DNA from: Pontiella sp.
Lineage (GTDB): Bacteria; Verrucomicrobiota; Kiritimatiellia; Kiritimatiellales; Pontiellaceae
Direction of reading: 5' to 3'
Assembly: GCA_050290185.1 (NCBI GenBank)
Contig: JBNKHE010000004.1
Location: 224,001-288,000 of the forward strand
Length of the DNA stretch: 64,000 nucleotides
Shown here: positions 1-9,602 of the stretch, piece after piece
Layout of the letters: each line of letters opens with the position of its first letter
Position numbering within the stretch: the stretch's first letter is position 1
Notes under the pieces: model-generated
Databases searched by the model: none
Told to the model about the DNA's origin: nothing
Seen by the model: the letters and a program-made list of their open reading frames with translations, nothing else
Translations under genes and position numbers: made by a program

Positions 1-510
1 CGCGGTGACCAGCGCCTTGCGACCGTACGATCCATCGTCGGTGCAGATGATGAGTTCGTCGGCAATGGCGTCCATCTCCTCTTCAAAAATCAACAACTCC
101 TTGTTGCGGGCGCCGAGAATAATGGTGACGTGGTTGCCGGCGGCCTTGAGCGCTTCGGCGATCGGAAGCAATGGTGCGGTACCGATACCGCCGCCAACGC
201 ATACCACCGATCCCACATTCTCGATGCGGGTCGGCGTTCCAAGCGGTCCCACAAGGGCCTCGATATGATCGTCGACTTCGAGCTGGGCCAGTAACCGGGT
301 AGTCCTGCCGACCGTCTGGAAAACGATGGTAATCGAGCCTTCTTCAACATCCGCGTTGGCGATCGTAAGCGGAATTCGCTCCCCGTAGTGAACGTCGACC
401 TGAAGAATGATAAACTGCCCCGGCTGTCGTTCCCGGGCGATTAAGGGTGCCTCCAACCGCATGAGCACCACGGTTTCCGAAAGCTGTTCCTTATAGAGAA
501 TCCTGTTCAT
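1..510 (-). CDS. Sulfide/dihydroorotate dehydrogenase-like FAD/NAD-binding subunit (NfnA/SudB family); 3' end runs off the window
   Basis: Not in the ORF track; hand translation from ATG 510: MNRILYKEQLSETVVLMRLEAPLIARERQPGQFIIL..GERIPLTI..GPLG..VGGGIGTAP..TDDGSYG. Confidence 0.85.
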   Translation of the reverse strand, partial: MNRILYKEQLSETVVLMRLEAPLIARERQPGQFIILQVDVHYGERIPLTIANADVEEGSITIVFQTVGRTTRLLAQLEVDDHIEALVGPLGTPTRIENVGSVVCVGGGIGTAPLLPIAEALKAAGNHVTIILGARNKELLIFEEEMDAIADELIICTDDGSYGRKALVTA

Positions 511-827
511 ACCCACCCCAATCCTGACCGGTAGCAACTACACTTAAGCAACCTAATACGGCCGAAGGATAATATGCAATAATAGAGCCCGTTTTTATCA
601 GCATTCAGGTCGAAGAATTATCTGTTCAGCTTGCCGGTAACGCCTAAGGCATTCAGCGCCAGTTTGGGTTCGAATACTTCAACTGCAGACTTTCACAAGT
701 AGAACCTCTATTGGCATTGAAGTGGAGTGTGGATTCAGGATCACCATCAGCATGAAAACACTTCACGAAGACCCCGATCAAAAAAAGACGGGATGAAAAC
801 ATTCCGCCTGGGTTTGTTGATACCTGC

Positions 828-3773
828 CTATTTCCCGACGGCAGCTTCCAGCGGGCCGAAATAACTTTCGGAAAGCGGATTGCTGTACACAATCAATTTT
901 TGCAGGACAACACCCGGGTCCACCATCGCTATCTTCAGCGTATGCCGGCCGGGTTTCTTGATTTCATGCGAGGATCGCAACGTACGGACATTGTCGCGCA
1001 CCGCATCCGCCCAGCTGTTGTAGTCTTCCGGAATTTTCGGAAAAGCGTCAAGCACCTGCGGCGTTTGCCCATCGAAAGAAACGGCGAGCCGCAGCCCGCG
1101 TCCCGGAACAAAGTTGAGCGTCGGTCCAATGATCACATCAACGCCCACCGTACCGGTTTCGGCAATGTAGACCGGATATTCCAGGCAAGGCGCTCGATTC
1201 GGAGGAAGAATGCTTTCTGCGGTGGTCGGGAAGATTTCCATGCTGGCGGAGTAGCGGCCATAGTCTGGAATCTTCTCCCAGCGAATGCCATTCACAGGCT
1301 TGTTTTCGGTCGCCTCCGACGGAGCGATTGCAATGGGGCCCACCAAACCACCGAAACATCCTTGCGCGTTGGCGGCTTGCTCTTCGGTCGCACGATGCGC
1401 CACAACCTTTACCGCTACGGATGAGTGGCTGTTGGTAATGGTGACCTCACCGGACGCTTCCCCCACCGGAGCTTTCTCCCAATCGATACCCACCCAGAGC
1501 CGTTGGTCGGTAACATCGGAAGACTTGTCCGCCTTCACCAGAATCCAGGGGTCACTGACCTTGAGTTTGAAGTCGGCAGGCTGGCTCCCCCGCGGAAATA
1601 CGACAATATAGGAATGCTGCCGGTTTATGGAATCGAATGGAGGCAGCGAAGCTTTCCCGCTACCGCCGGGCCAGGCTTCGGACGAACCGTCGATGGCAAC
1701 GCCGAAGTCCGTAGTGTTGCCGATCTCCAGTTCCATCACTTCGGGCATAATGTTTTCCTGGGGATCTTTCCAGCTGGTGTAGCCGATGCGGGTCTGGCTC
1801 ATCATGTGGTTCCACTTCCCATCGGCCAGTTCCGTATTGTAGTAGTCGCTCAGTTGCTGATCCTGCTGGAACAATGTTCGTACCTTTTCGGCCTCGGCAT
1901 TCGCGCTGGCCCGCCCCTGCCGGGCGTAGAGATGGTTGCGGCCGGCGGCAATATACATATCGACCACGGTCGCCACGGCCTTGACCGGATAGAGCACCAG
2001 TTCGAAGTAGGCATCCTGCTGATCCGCGGGCAAAGCTTCGTTGACCTTTTCAGCCCGAACAACCAAGTCGTTCCAAGCGGTCGACACCCGTTCAGCCTCG
2101 CGATGGTTGACCAGACTGAAGGTATCGGGCTCCAGCAGCTCCGGCTTGCGCCAACCAGCTTGCTTTCCGTATTTTGAAACAATGTCTGCGATCTCCTCCG
2201 CCTGCTCCGGCCCAAATTCACGCGCCGCCCAACGATGGGTAAAATCGCCGATCTTCTCTTTCGGCATCGCTTCCGGATTCCAGGCCATGCGCAGAAAGAA
2301 TTCGATGGGTAGCTCCATGGGCTTAAGGTCGCCTACGTTGACAATCCAGATGCGGTTGGCGTCGTATTCGTAGGCCAGATTCATCTGTTCCCAGATCTTG
2401 GGGAGAGGATTCGTGTTGAGCCACTTGTAGCTCCGCGGACCGCCGACATAGTCAAAGTGATAGTACACCCCCGCCCCGCCGCTCCGCTTGCGCTCCGCCG
2501 GCGTTGGCAAGCGGCGGATGTTTCCCCAGTTATCGTCGCACCACAACAGCGTCACGTCGTCCGGAACGCGCATACCATGCTCATAGTAGTCCATGACTTC
2601 CTTGTAGAGCGCCCACAGTTGGGGCACCTTGGTGACGTCCGGATTCATGTATTCCTTCAAAATCCCGCGTTGATCGGTCACGATTCTTTCCAGCAGCTTG
2701 ACGTTGTCGTCCATGTTGCCGTCCTTGATCATTGCTTCGTCGCCGTCGCCGCGCATGCCGATGGTCACGATGCTTTCGTAGCCCTTGTTGCGCTTGATGC
2801 CGTCTACCCAGAACTCCGTGAGGCCCTTCTCGTTAGTGTAATAGTTCCACTCGCCGTTCCCCATCTCGCTCCGATGGTTGTGCCACTCCTGCTGGGCGCG
2901 GATCATTGGTTCGTGGTGCGAGGTGCCCATGACGATACCGTATTCATCGGCCAGCACGGGATTCATCGGATCGTCCTCATTGAAGGCCTTACCCCACATG
3001 GCCGGCCAGAGATAGTTGCCGCGCATGCGCAACAGGAGCTCGAACATGTGCGTGTACATCTTCGAATTGATCCCGCCGAACTTTTCTCGTGCCCAAGGTC
3101 CAAAGGCCGGCTCTTCGTCGTTGATGAAGATACCGCGATATTTCACCTTTGGCTCACCGGAGGCGTAGCGGCCGGGAAGGACGTAGGCTTCGTTGCGCTT
3201 CTTTGGCGGCACGTCTGCCCACCAGTACCACGGCGAAACGCCCAGCTGTTCGGACAGTTCATAGATACCATAGATCGTACCGCGCTTGTCGCTACCCGCA
3301 ATCACCAGCGCCTGTTCCACGCCTGGTGTCGGATTGTTGATGGTTGATATGACAAAGCTTTCCCACTTTCCTATCAGGTCGGAGGCATCAAGCTTGCCGG
3401 TAGAGACCAGCGCATCAATCAGGAAACTATGGCCCAATGTTCCGATAATGATGGGTTTCGCGCAGGCGGTCTTGTTCGTGGCGATGGCCGGCTTTCGTTC
3501 CGTCACGCGTTCAATGTCCGCTTGAAGATCCCCAATCGCGCGGATCACACCCGTATAGTCTCCGGCATCGTGCCACAACTCGGTGGTCTTACCGTTGGCC
3601 ACCACCGGAAATGCAATCGCCGGCTTCGCCGACTCCACAACGATGTTTTCCGGCAGACCCAGTCCGGCCCGGGCCGGCTCTGTTCCCGACACCATTACAG
3701 CCATCGCCGTCACCAGAACACCGAAATACCGTTGCACACTCAATTTAAGGGCTGTTTTAAGGTTCATCTCCAT
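828..3773 (-). CDS. GH115 family alpha-glucuronidase, secreted
   Basis: GSDKRGTIYG, YRGIFINDE, NYLWPAMW, GTSHHEPM, GMRGDGD, WCDDNWGN, YYHFDYVG, NVGDLKP motifs; signal peptide. Confidence 0.92.
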   Translation of the reverse strand: MEMNLKTALKLSVQRYFGVLVTAMAVMVSGTEPARAGLGLPENIVVESAKPAIAFPVVANGKTTELWHDAGDYTGVIRAIGDLQADIERVTERKPAIATNKTACAKPIIIGTLGHSFLIDALVSTGKLDASDLIGKWESFVISTINNPTPGVEQALVIAGSDKRGTIYGIYELSEQLGVSPWYWWADVPPKKRNEAYVLPGRYASGEPKVKYRGIFINDEEPAFGPWAREKFGGINSKMYTHMFELLLRMRGNYLWPAMWGKAFNEDDPMNPVLADEYGIVMGTSHHEPMIRAQQEWHNHRSEMGNGEWNYYTNEKGLTEFWVDGIKRNKGYESIVTIGMRGDGDEAMIKDGNMDDNVKLLERIVTDQRGILKEYMNPDVTKVPQLWALYKEVMDYYEHGMRVPDDVTLLWCDDNWGNIRRLPTPAERKRSGGAGVYYHFDYVGGPRSYKWLNTNPLPKIWEQMNLAYEYDANRIWIVNVGDLKPMELPIEFFLRMAWNPEAMPKEKIGDFTHRWAAREFGPEQAEEIADIVSKYGKQAGWRKPELLEPDTFSLVNHREAERVSTAWNDLVVRAEKVNEALPADQQDAYFELVLYPVKAVATVVDMYIAAGRNHLYARQGRASANAEAEKVRTLFQQDQQLSDYYNTELADGKWNHMMSQTRIGYTSWKDPQENIMPEVMELEIGNTTDFGVAIDGSSEAWPGGSGKASLPPFDSINRQHSYIVVFPRGSQPADFKLKVSDPWILVKADKSSDVTDQRLWVGIDWEKAPVGEASGEVTITNSHSSVAVKVVAHRATEEQAANAQGCFGGLVGPIAIAPSEATENKPVNGIRWEKIPDYGRYSASMEIFPTTAESILPPNRAPCLEYPVYIAETGTVGVDVIIGPTLNFVPGRGLRLAVSFDGQTPQVLDAFPKIPEDYNSWADAVRDNVRTLRSSHEIKKPGRHTLKIAMVDPGVVLQKLIVYSNPLSESYFGPLEAAVGK

Positions 3774-3890
3774 CCTTCTTTATAGCTCGTTGAAAAAAGC
3801 GGGCCGTCTCGGGTCTCCCATACTCAACAGCGCTAATCCCAGTCGGATAGCCTATCATACAGCACGCGTCAGCATCATCAATCCCATCGA

Positions 3891-3920
3891 ATGAAATCAA
3901 AATACCCGTTTATGAAACCT
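3891..3920. promoter_or_regulatory. Candidate XylR operator upstream of GH115
   Basis: ATGAAATCAAAATACCCGTTT|ATGAAAC, a 21-bp-period direct repeat nearly identical to 9499-9526. Confidence 0.5.
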
Positions 3921-4312
3921 GTCTGGATACGTCGGAGTGCCTGCGATCTCAGCGCCTCGGTCGACAACCCGCAGATAGGACATGAAACTAACTGGGTAGC
4001 ATCCCTACGATCCCCATTCCGCGCTGATGCCATTTCATATTTTCAAACCGACCTTGGAGTTCATTTTTACAACGGATGAACTTGCATTCAGGACAACGCG
4101 GCCTAATGTAGCCCGCAAATGAGAAACGTAATGCACAACCTGAAGCAGGAATGCGCGATTGGAAATCCAGTCGTGATTACCTTTGCTTGGCTGCGCAGCA
4201 AAGCAGCTTAAGTGCTCGGCGTTTCTCGGTACCCCCTTTTTGTCTCCTCTTTATTTCGTGGTTTGACGGCTTAGTAGGTTCAGCAGAAACGCTGGCCTGC
4301 GGAGAACCGACC

Positions 4313-5278
4313 ATGAAATATTCCATCATCAACAACCTGACGCCCGTCAAAGGACAGCCTTTGAAGGAGCAGGCTTCTACGCGTTCAAAAGGCATACTGC
4401 TGATGCTCGGAGCCGTTGCGGCTTTTACCGGAAGTGTTCTGACACTCCGGTCCGCCGGGATCATGGGCAGCATCTGGATGGCTACGTGCATGCGCTACGG
4501 CATCGGGCTGGCCATGGTGACGTTCATCTACTTGCCCTCGGGCCATTTCAAACCGTTGCAGCTGATCCGCAACCCCGACTTAATCATGCGGGGTGTACTC
4601 GGTTGCATGGGGGTGTATCTCTTTTATTCCACCATTCCAAAACTCGGCGCAGGGGTATCCACCTTCATCAGCACAACCTATATTGTGCTGGCCCCGCTCA
4701 TCGCCTGCATCTATCTGAAAGAACAGCTGTCCCTGAAACAGGCTGGACTCATGATGCTGGCCATGACCGGCATGTTTATCATGACCGGGCTGACCGGTGC
4801 CTCCGCGCCGCCCGTGTTCTATGTTGTCATCGGGCTGATCGGGGCCGTGCTGGCGGCCATAGTCGTGGTCTATATCCGGAAACTGACGCGGACCGAACAT
4901 AGTTCAACCATCTATGCCGCGCAGTGCTTCTTCGGATTATTGATCGGCTGTGGACCGGCGCTGCTTCAGCAGAATGGAGATCACAGTGGATCGATCAACG
5001 TTTCAGCGATGCTGCTCAGTGGAGTAATGGCTTCAATCGGTCAACTTCTGATGACGTTCGGGTATAAATACCTGCCCGTAACCGAAGGAGGGCTGATTGC
5101 ACTCTGCGCACCGGTCTCCATCATGGCCGGCGGAATCATCTTTTTCGGTGAACCCTGCTCCGGCTCGCAGGTGGCCGGTGCCGGGCTGATTCTTTCGGCC
5201 AGCATGCTGATGACCCGTTCAAAGCCGGGCTCGCCCGGCGGGCAACCATCCGGATTTATTCAGGAGTCATCCGGGTAG
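4313..5278 (+). CDS. DMT/EamA family transporter
   Basis: About 10 TM segments in two EamA repeats (LKEQLS, FFGEP); GGAG RBS before ATG 4313 (ORF track extends to 4151). Confidence 0.85.
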   Translation: MKYSIINNLTPVKGQPLKEQASTRSKGILLMLGAVAAFTGSVLTLRSAGIMGSIWMATCMRYGIGLAMVTFIYLPSGHFKPLQLIRNPDLIMRGVLGCMGVYLFYSTIPKLGAGVSTFISTTYIVLAPLIACIYLKEQLSLKQAGLMMLAMTGMFIMTGLTGASAPPVFYVVIGLIGAVLAAIVVVYIRKLTRTEHSSTIYAAQCFFGLLIGCGPALLQQNGDHSGSINVSAMLLSGVMASIGQLLMTFGYKYLPVTEGGLIALCAPVSIMAGGIIFFGEPCSGSQVAGAGLILSASMLMTRSKPGSPGGQPSGFIQESSG

Positions 5279-5285
5279 CATTCCC

Positions 5286-5317
5286 TGTCCCCAGCCGCCT
5301 AAGGCGGCATGGGGACA
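5286..5317. terminator. GC-rich hairpin after EamA, between convergent genes
   Basis: TGTCCCCA-GCCGCC-TAA-GGCGGC-A-TGGGGACA; no clear U-tract. Confidence 0.5.
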
Positions 5318-5492
5318 CATCCCGTGTCCGCCGAACCAGATGCTTTCGCCAACGTGGAGGACATGCTCGGGGGCATATGATCGCGCATGCGTTCGATCAG
5401 CATATCGCGTGAAACCGGAAAGAAGGAAGGGGGCGCGTAATGGGTTTGATCCTATATACGAATGCCGGTTAGTTTGATCTGTGGTATCACGT

Positions 5493-6662
5493 CTATTTCA
5501 CCAAGGCCTCGTAGGCCGGCTTAGGTTGATAGTTGCGATCGAAGAGCAACGGGTAATCCGTGCGCCCCCGGACCGGGAAGCCGTTTTTCCACGAATCACC
5601 GTCGCAGATCCCCCAAAAGGTCACGCGCTCCACATCGCTCTTATGGGATTCGAAAATGTCGAAGATGGCCCGATAGCGTTGTGCCTGCTTTTCCGCCACG
5701 TCATCCGGAAGACCGTCACGATAGGGATTGAGTTCGTCCTGCAGTTCAAAGCGCTGGTTGATGTCCGCCCCCGTGTAACCGAAGGCCAATGGGAGAACAC
5801 TCAAATCGAGTTCGGTGATATCCACCTTGACCTTGGCTGATGCCAGTTTTTCGATGGATTCCTCGATACTCTCCAGACTGGGATCCTCGACATGCCAATG
5901 CCCTTGCATGCCCACGGAATCGATGCGAACCCCCTTTTTCTTCAAGGGGCGAACAATGTTCTTGATCACAAAATCCCGCTTGATCGGGTCGGTCATGCTG
6001 TAGTCGTTGTATATGAGAATGGCACTGGGGTCGGCTTCGTGTGCAAACCGGAAGGCCATTTCGATGTAGTCCTCGCCAATAATTTTCAACCACGGGGAGT
6101 CGCGAAAAAAGGCTTCGTGAACATAGTTCGTCGAGCCGTCCGGTTTCAACGGGTTATCCTCATCGACCACCTGCCTGACATCCACGGCTTCGTTGACGAC
6201 ATCCCAGTATTTTACGTCTCCCTTGTACCGCCTGACCACGGTTTTGATATGTTTGTGCAAGGTTTTGATGAGTTCGTCGCGGGAAACGGGTTTCCCGTTT
6301 TCATCTTCGAAAAACCATTTGGGGGTCTGCGAGTGCCAGACGAGAACGTGGCCAACCACGTCCAGATCCAGCTTCATGGCCAGCTTCACAAACTGATCCG
6401 AGCGCTCGAAGTTAAACTTTCCCGGAGCGGGCCGCAGGGAAGCCGGCTTCATGAGATTCTCGGAGGTGACGCAGTTGAATTCGCGTTTCAGGAGTCTCAA
6501 CGCATTTTCATTCTGTTCATAGGGCTGGAACAGGTAGCGTTCCCCGAGCGCGGCACCGATCTGGAAATCGTCTCTATAAACCTTCTTGAGCGGCTTGCTG
6601 TCGGCCACACATGCTGCGGTGACCAACAGCATCGTCAATCCTCCAACTAAAACAGCTCTCAT
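5493..6662 (-). CDS. GH10 endo-1,4-beta-xylanase
   Basis: ENLMKP, GHVLVWHSQ, WDVVNEA, YNDY, GMQGHW, ITELD, RVTFWG; GGAGG RBS before ATG 6662. Confidence 0.93.
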   Translation of the reverse strand: MRAVLVGGLTMLLVTAACVADSKPLKKVYRDDFQIGAALGERYLFQPYEQNENALRLLKREFNCVTSENLMKPASLRPAPGKFNFERSDQFVKLAMKLDLDVVGHVLVWHSQTPKWFFEDENGKPVSRDELIKTLHKHIKTVVRRYKGDVKYWDVVNEAVDVRQVVDEDNPLKPDGSTNYVHEAFFRDSPWLKIIGEDYIEMAFRFAHEADPSAILIYNDYSMTDPIKRDFVIKNIVRPLKKKGVRIDSVGMQGHWHVEDPSLESIEESIEKLASAKVKVDITELDLSVLPLAFGYTGADINQRFELQDELNPYRDGLPDDVAEKQAQRYRAIFDIFESHKSDVERVTFWGICDGDSWKNGFPVRGRTDYPLLFDRNYQPKPAYEALVK

Positions 6663-6678
6663 CGAGATTCCTCCCTTA

Positions 6679-8184
6679 TCAGGCTTCGGCTGATTTTTCA
6701 TGTCTGGCCCGCCGGCGTTTGGCGAGTTCATCGCCAATCTGGTAATTCAGTTCCTTGGAAATCGGATAGAACAGCAGAATGGCAATCGCGACAACGATAA
6801 AGGCGGCCGGAGCCATGGACGAGGCCACCCGTACGCCCGTCATGGCGCGTTCGGTCAATACCACACCTTCGGCCCCGTCGTAGCCATACATGCCTAGAAT
6901 CGAGCCCTGAATATAGCCTCCGATCCCTAGGCCGAATTTGAGAGCAAAGACCACGCCCGCGAAAGTGAATCCGGTAGCGCGGCGGCCAGTCTTCCATTCG
7001 GAAAAGTCGGCGGTGTCCGCAATCATGGACCACAACAACGGAACGGTGGGTCCGTAGGCCAAGCCCCAAAGCGCGCTTTGCCACATCATGGCGCGGACGC
7101 TCGTGGAAGGAATATAGAACAGCCAAACGGTCACGACCGTGGTTACCGCAAGCGATCCCACGAAAACCATCCGCTTGCCGAACAGCTTCGACAGGGGCTT
7201 GGAACATAATACCCCTAGAAACATGGTAAAGGTTCCCAGCATGCCGAAAATGCCGTAGGCAACGCCGGGCACGTTGGAATGATCGGGTTTGAGCAAATAG
7301 CCGAAGATATCCAGAAACCTCGCAAAACCGGTCGGGGCCACCCCGTCGACCCGCTGCAGCCCCATGCCGCCGATCAGGTCAGCCAACGATTGCTGGTCGG
7401 CAATGTGTTCCATGAACAGAGGCATCGACCCGCCACGAACCACCAGCATGATGAAGATCATGAGCGTGGCACAGAAAAGGATGACCCACGGACGGTTCTT
7501 GAAGGTATCAAGCATATCCTGCTTGGCGGAAGACTGCTGGTCCGGGTCCGGCGTTACGCGTTCCCGCACCGAGAAGAAGCAGATCACGAAAAAGAAAATA
7601 GTCACGACCGCAAAAATGCCCATCGTTATCGACCATCCCTTGGCATCATTTCCGTTTCCGAATTTATCCACCAGCGGCAACGTCAATCCCTGGACGATGA
7701 ACGAAACGATCATCACAGTAACAAACCGGAATGTGGATAGGCTGGTGCGTTCGTCCACGTCACCGGTCATCACCCCGTTCAATGCGCAGTACGGTACATT
7801 ATTTACCGTGTAGACCGCCATCAGCAGGAAATACATGAGGTAGGCATAGATCATCTGGCCGGTGGGCGACCATCCCGGACTGGTGAAGGTCAGCCAGAAA
7901 ATGGCAGCAAAGGGCAGAGCCGACCAGATCAGCCAGGGACGAAAGCGGCCCCACCTGGTCTTGGTTCGGTCGGCAATGAATCCCATGGCGGGATCGGTAA
8001 AGGCATCAAAGAAACGTCCGATCAGGAACAGGAGTCCCGCCGCCTTGGGACTGAGCCCCAGTATCGTCGTAAAGAACATGAACTGGTACGCCATCAGCAC
8101 CTGGAAAACCAGATTGGCGGCGCCGTCGCCCAGGCTGTACCCGACTTTTTCGCGAAACGACAATTTTTGATGAAAATGATCCAT
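6679..8184 (-). CDS. Glycoside-pentoside-hexuronide (GPH) MFS sugar:cation symporter
   Basis: EKVGYSLGDGAAN, DAFTDPAMGFIADRTKTRWGRFRPW, WSMIADTADFSEWKTGRR. Confidence 0.92.
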   Translation of the reverse strand: MDHFHQKLSFREKVGYSLGDGAANLVFQVLMAYQFMFFTTILGLSPKAAGLLFLIGRFFDAFTDPAMGFIADRTKTRWGRFRPWLIWSALPFAAIFWLTFTSPGWSPTGQMIYAYLMYFLLMAVYTVNNVPYCALNGVMTGDVDERTSLSTFRFVTVMIVSFIVQGLTLPLVDKFGNGNDAKGWSITMGIFAVVTIFFFVICFFSVRERVTPDPDQQSSAKQDMLDTFKNRPWVILFCATLMIFIMLVVRGGSMPLFMEHIADQQSLADLIGGMGLQRVDGVAPTGFARFLDIFGYLLKPDHSNVPGVAYGIFGMLGTFTMFLGVLCSKPLSKLFGKRMVFVGSLAVTTVVTVWLFYIPSTSVRAMMWQSALWGLAYGPTVPLLWSMIADTADFSEWKTGRRATGFTFAGVVFALKFGLGIGGYIQGSILGMYGYDGAEGVVLTERAMTGVRVASSMAPAAFIVVAIAILLFYPISKELNYQIGDELAKRRRARHEKSAEA

Positions 8185-8280
8185 ATTTACCCTTTATGCC
8201 TTCGCGACATCCTTTCAGATGCCATTGTGTTCCTCTGCCCGTCCCGCGGGTTCTCTTCCGCGCGTGCAGCCGGAAGGATT

Positions 8281-9312
8281 TTAGATTGTGGTTTTTTCCG
8301 CATGCGCCGGGCCCGTTGCGCCATGCGTCTTCAGGGGCTCTTTTCTGCCCCCGCCGTCCATGGTGCGGATCGTTCCGTCTTCATTGTATTCCAGCTCGCA
8401 AACCTTCAAACTGCGCAGCCAGGTCTTTCCCTCTGAAGGAACGCAGTCGTGATGGAACAGATACCACTTCCCGTTAAACTCTGCGATCGAATGGTGCGTA
8501 GTCCAACCCACCACCGGAGTCAGAATAACACCCGTGTAGGTGAAAGGCCCATAGGGATTGTCCCCCACGGCATAGCACAGCTTTTGCGAATTCCCGGTTG
8601 AATACGAGAAGTAATATTTTCCCTGGTAGGTATGCATCCATGCAGCTTCGAAAAAACGGCGTTCATGATCCCCGGCTTTCAACACCTCGCCGTGGTCATC
8701 GAGGATGACAACCTCCCGCGGCTCTTCGCCGAATTCGAGCATATCGTCGCGCAGGATCGCCACCCGTGCGGACAATGCCGGCTCATGGTCTTCAGGCTCC
8801 TTCCCGCAATCGATGGCCTTGTTGTCCCGGTAGCATTGCAACTGCCCGCCCCACAACCCCCCGAAGTACATATAATGCGAGCCGTCATTATCACGGAATA
8901 CGCAGGGATCGATCGAGTAGCTGCCGTTGATCGGAGCCTCCTGCGCAACAAAAGGACCTTCGGGCTTATCGCTGATGGCTACGCCGATACGGAAAACCCC
9001 TTCCGGATCCTTGGCGGGAAAATAAAGATAGTATTTCCCATCCTTGCAGGCGCAGTCGCAGTCCCACATTTGACGATCCGCCCAGGGCACGTCCTCCACA
9101 TCCAGGGCAACGCCGTGATCCGTCACCTCGCCCGCGAGGTCTTTCATCGAGAAAACGTGGTAATCGCGCATGGCGAAATGATCCCCGTTGTCGTTTTCGG
9201 GGATGCCCGCGTCGATGTCGTGCGACGGATAGATATACAGTTTTCCGTTGAAGATATGCACAGAGGGATCAGCCGTGTACATATGCGTTACGAGATATCG
9301 TTCCTTTTTCAT
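8281..9312 (-). CDS. GH43 beta-xylosidase/arabinofuranosidase, cytoplasmic
   Basis: YTADPSVH, YPSHD, SIDPCVF, RFFEAAW, GWTTHHSI; no signal peptide. Confidence 0.92.
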   Translation of the reverse strand: MKKERYLVTHMYTADPSVHIFNGKLYIYPSHDIDAGIPENDNGDHFAMRDYHVFSMKDLAGEVTDHGVALDVEDVPWADRQMWDCDCACKDGKYYLYFPAKDPEGVFRIGVAISDKPEGPFVAQEAPINGSYSIDPCVFRDNDGSHYMYFGGLWGGQLQCYRDNKAIDCGKEPEDHEPALSARVAILRDDMLEFGEEPREVVILDDHGEVLKAGDHERRFFEAAWMHTYQGKYYFSYSTGNSQKLCYAVGDNPYGPFTYTGVILTPVVGWTTHHSIAEFNGKWYLFHHDCVPSEGKTWLRSLKVCELEYNEDGTIRTMDGGGRKEPLKTHGATGPAHAEKTTI

Positions 9313-9498
9313 TATTTGATCCGCTGTTTTTCACTATTCATGGTTAGTTAATATCACCCGGCATCGAAATTCTTCACCCGCGAATCTATCGCATTCAATC
9401 CATTTTAAACCCCATGCAGAATGCGGGTCAGATATTTTCATAGTACACTCCAAGGTGATGACTATCCCACATCCCGGAAATCATCACAATCGGGTCTC

Positions 9499-9540
9499 AT
9501 GAATTCAAAATCCCGCATTATGAAACATGCAAAACCGTAT
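9499..9540. promoter_or_regulatory. Candidate XylR operator between GH43 and xylR
   Basis: ATGAATTCAAAATCCCGCATT|ATGAAACATGCAAAACCGTAT (21-bp period); inverted related copy at about 9420-9441. Confidence 0.5.
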
Positions 9541-9551
9541 GCCCTACCCTC

Positions 9552-9580
9552 TTGACAAGCTGGGCTTTCGCGCCTATAGC
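9552..9580 (+). promoter_or_regulatory. Sigma-70-type promoter for xylR
   Basis: TTGACA-17 bp-TATAGC, 22 bp before ATG 9603. Confidence 0.6.
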
Positions 9581-9602
9581 TGAACAAAATAGTAATAATT
9601 TC

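Noticed and set aside
660..672. TTTGGGTTC, complementary to the sRNA GAACCCAAA motif
   Set aside because: A single 9-mer with none of the other unit elements; expected by chance.
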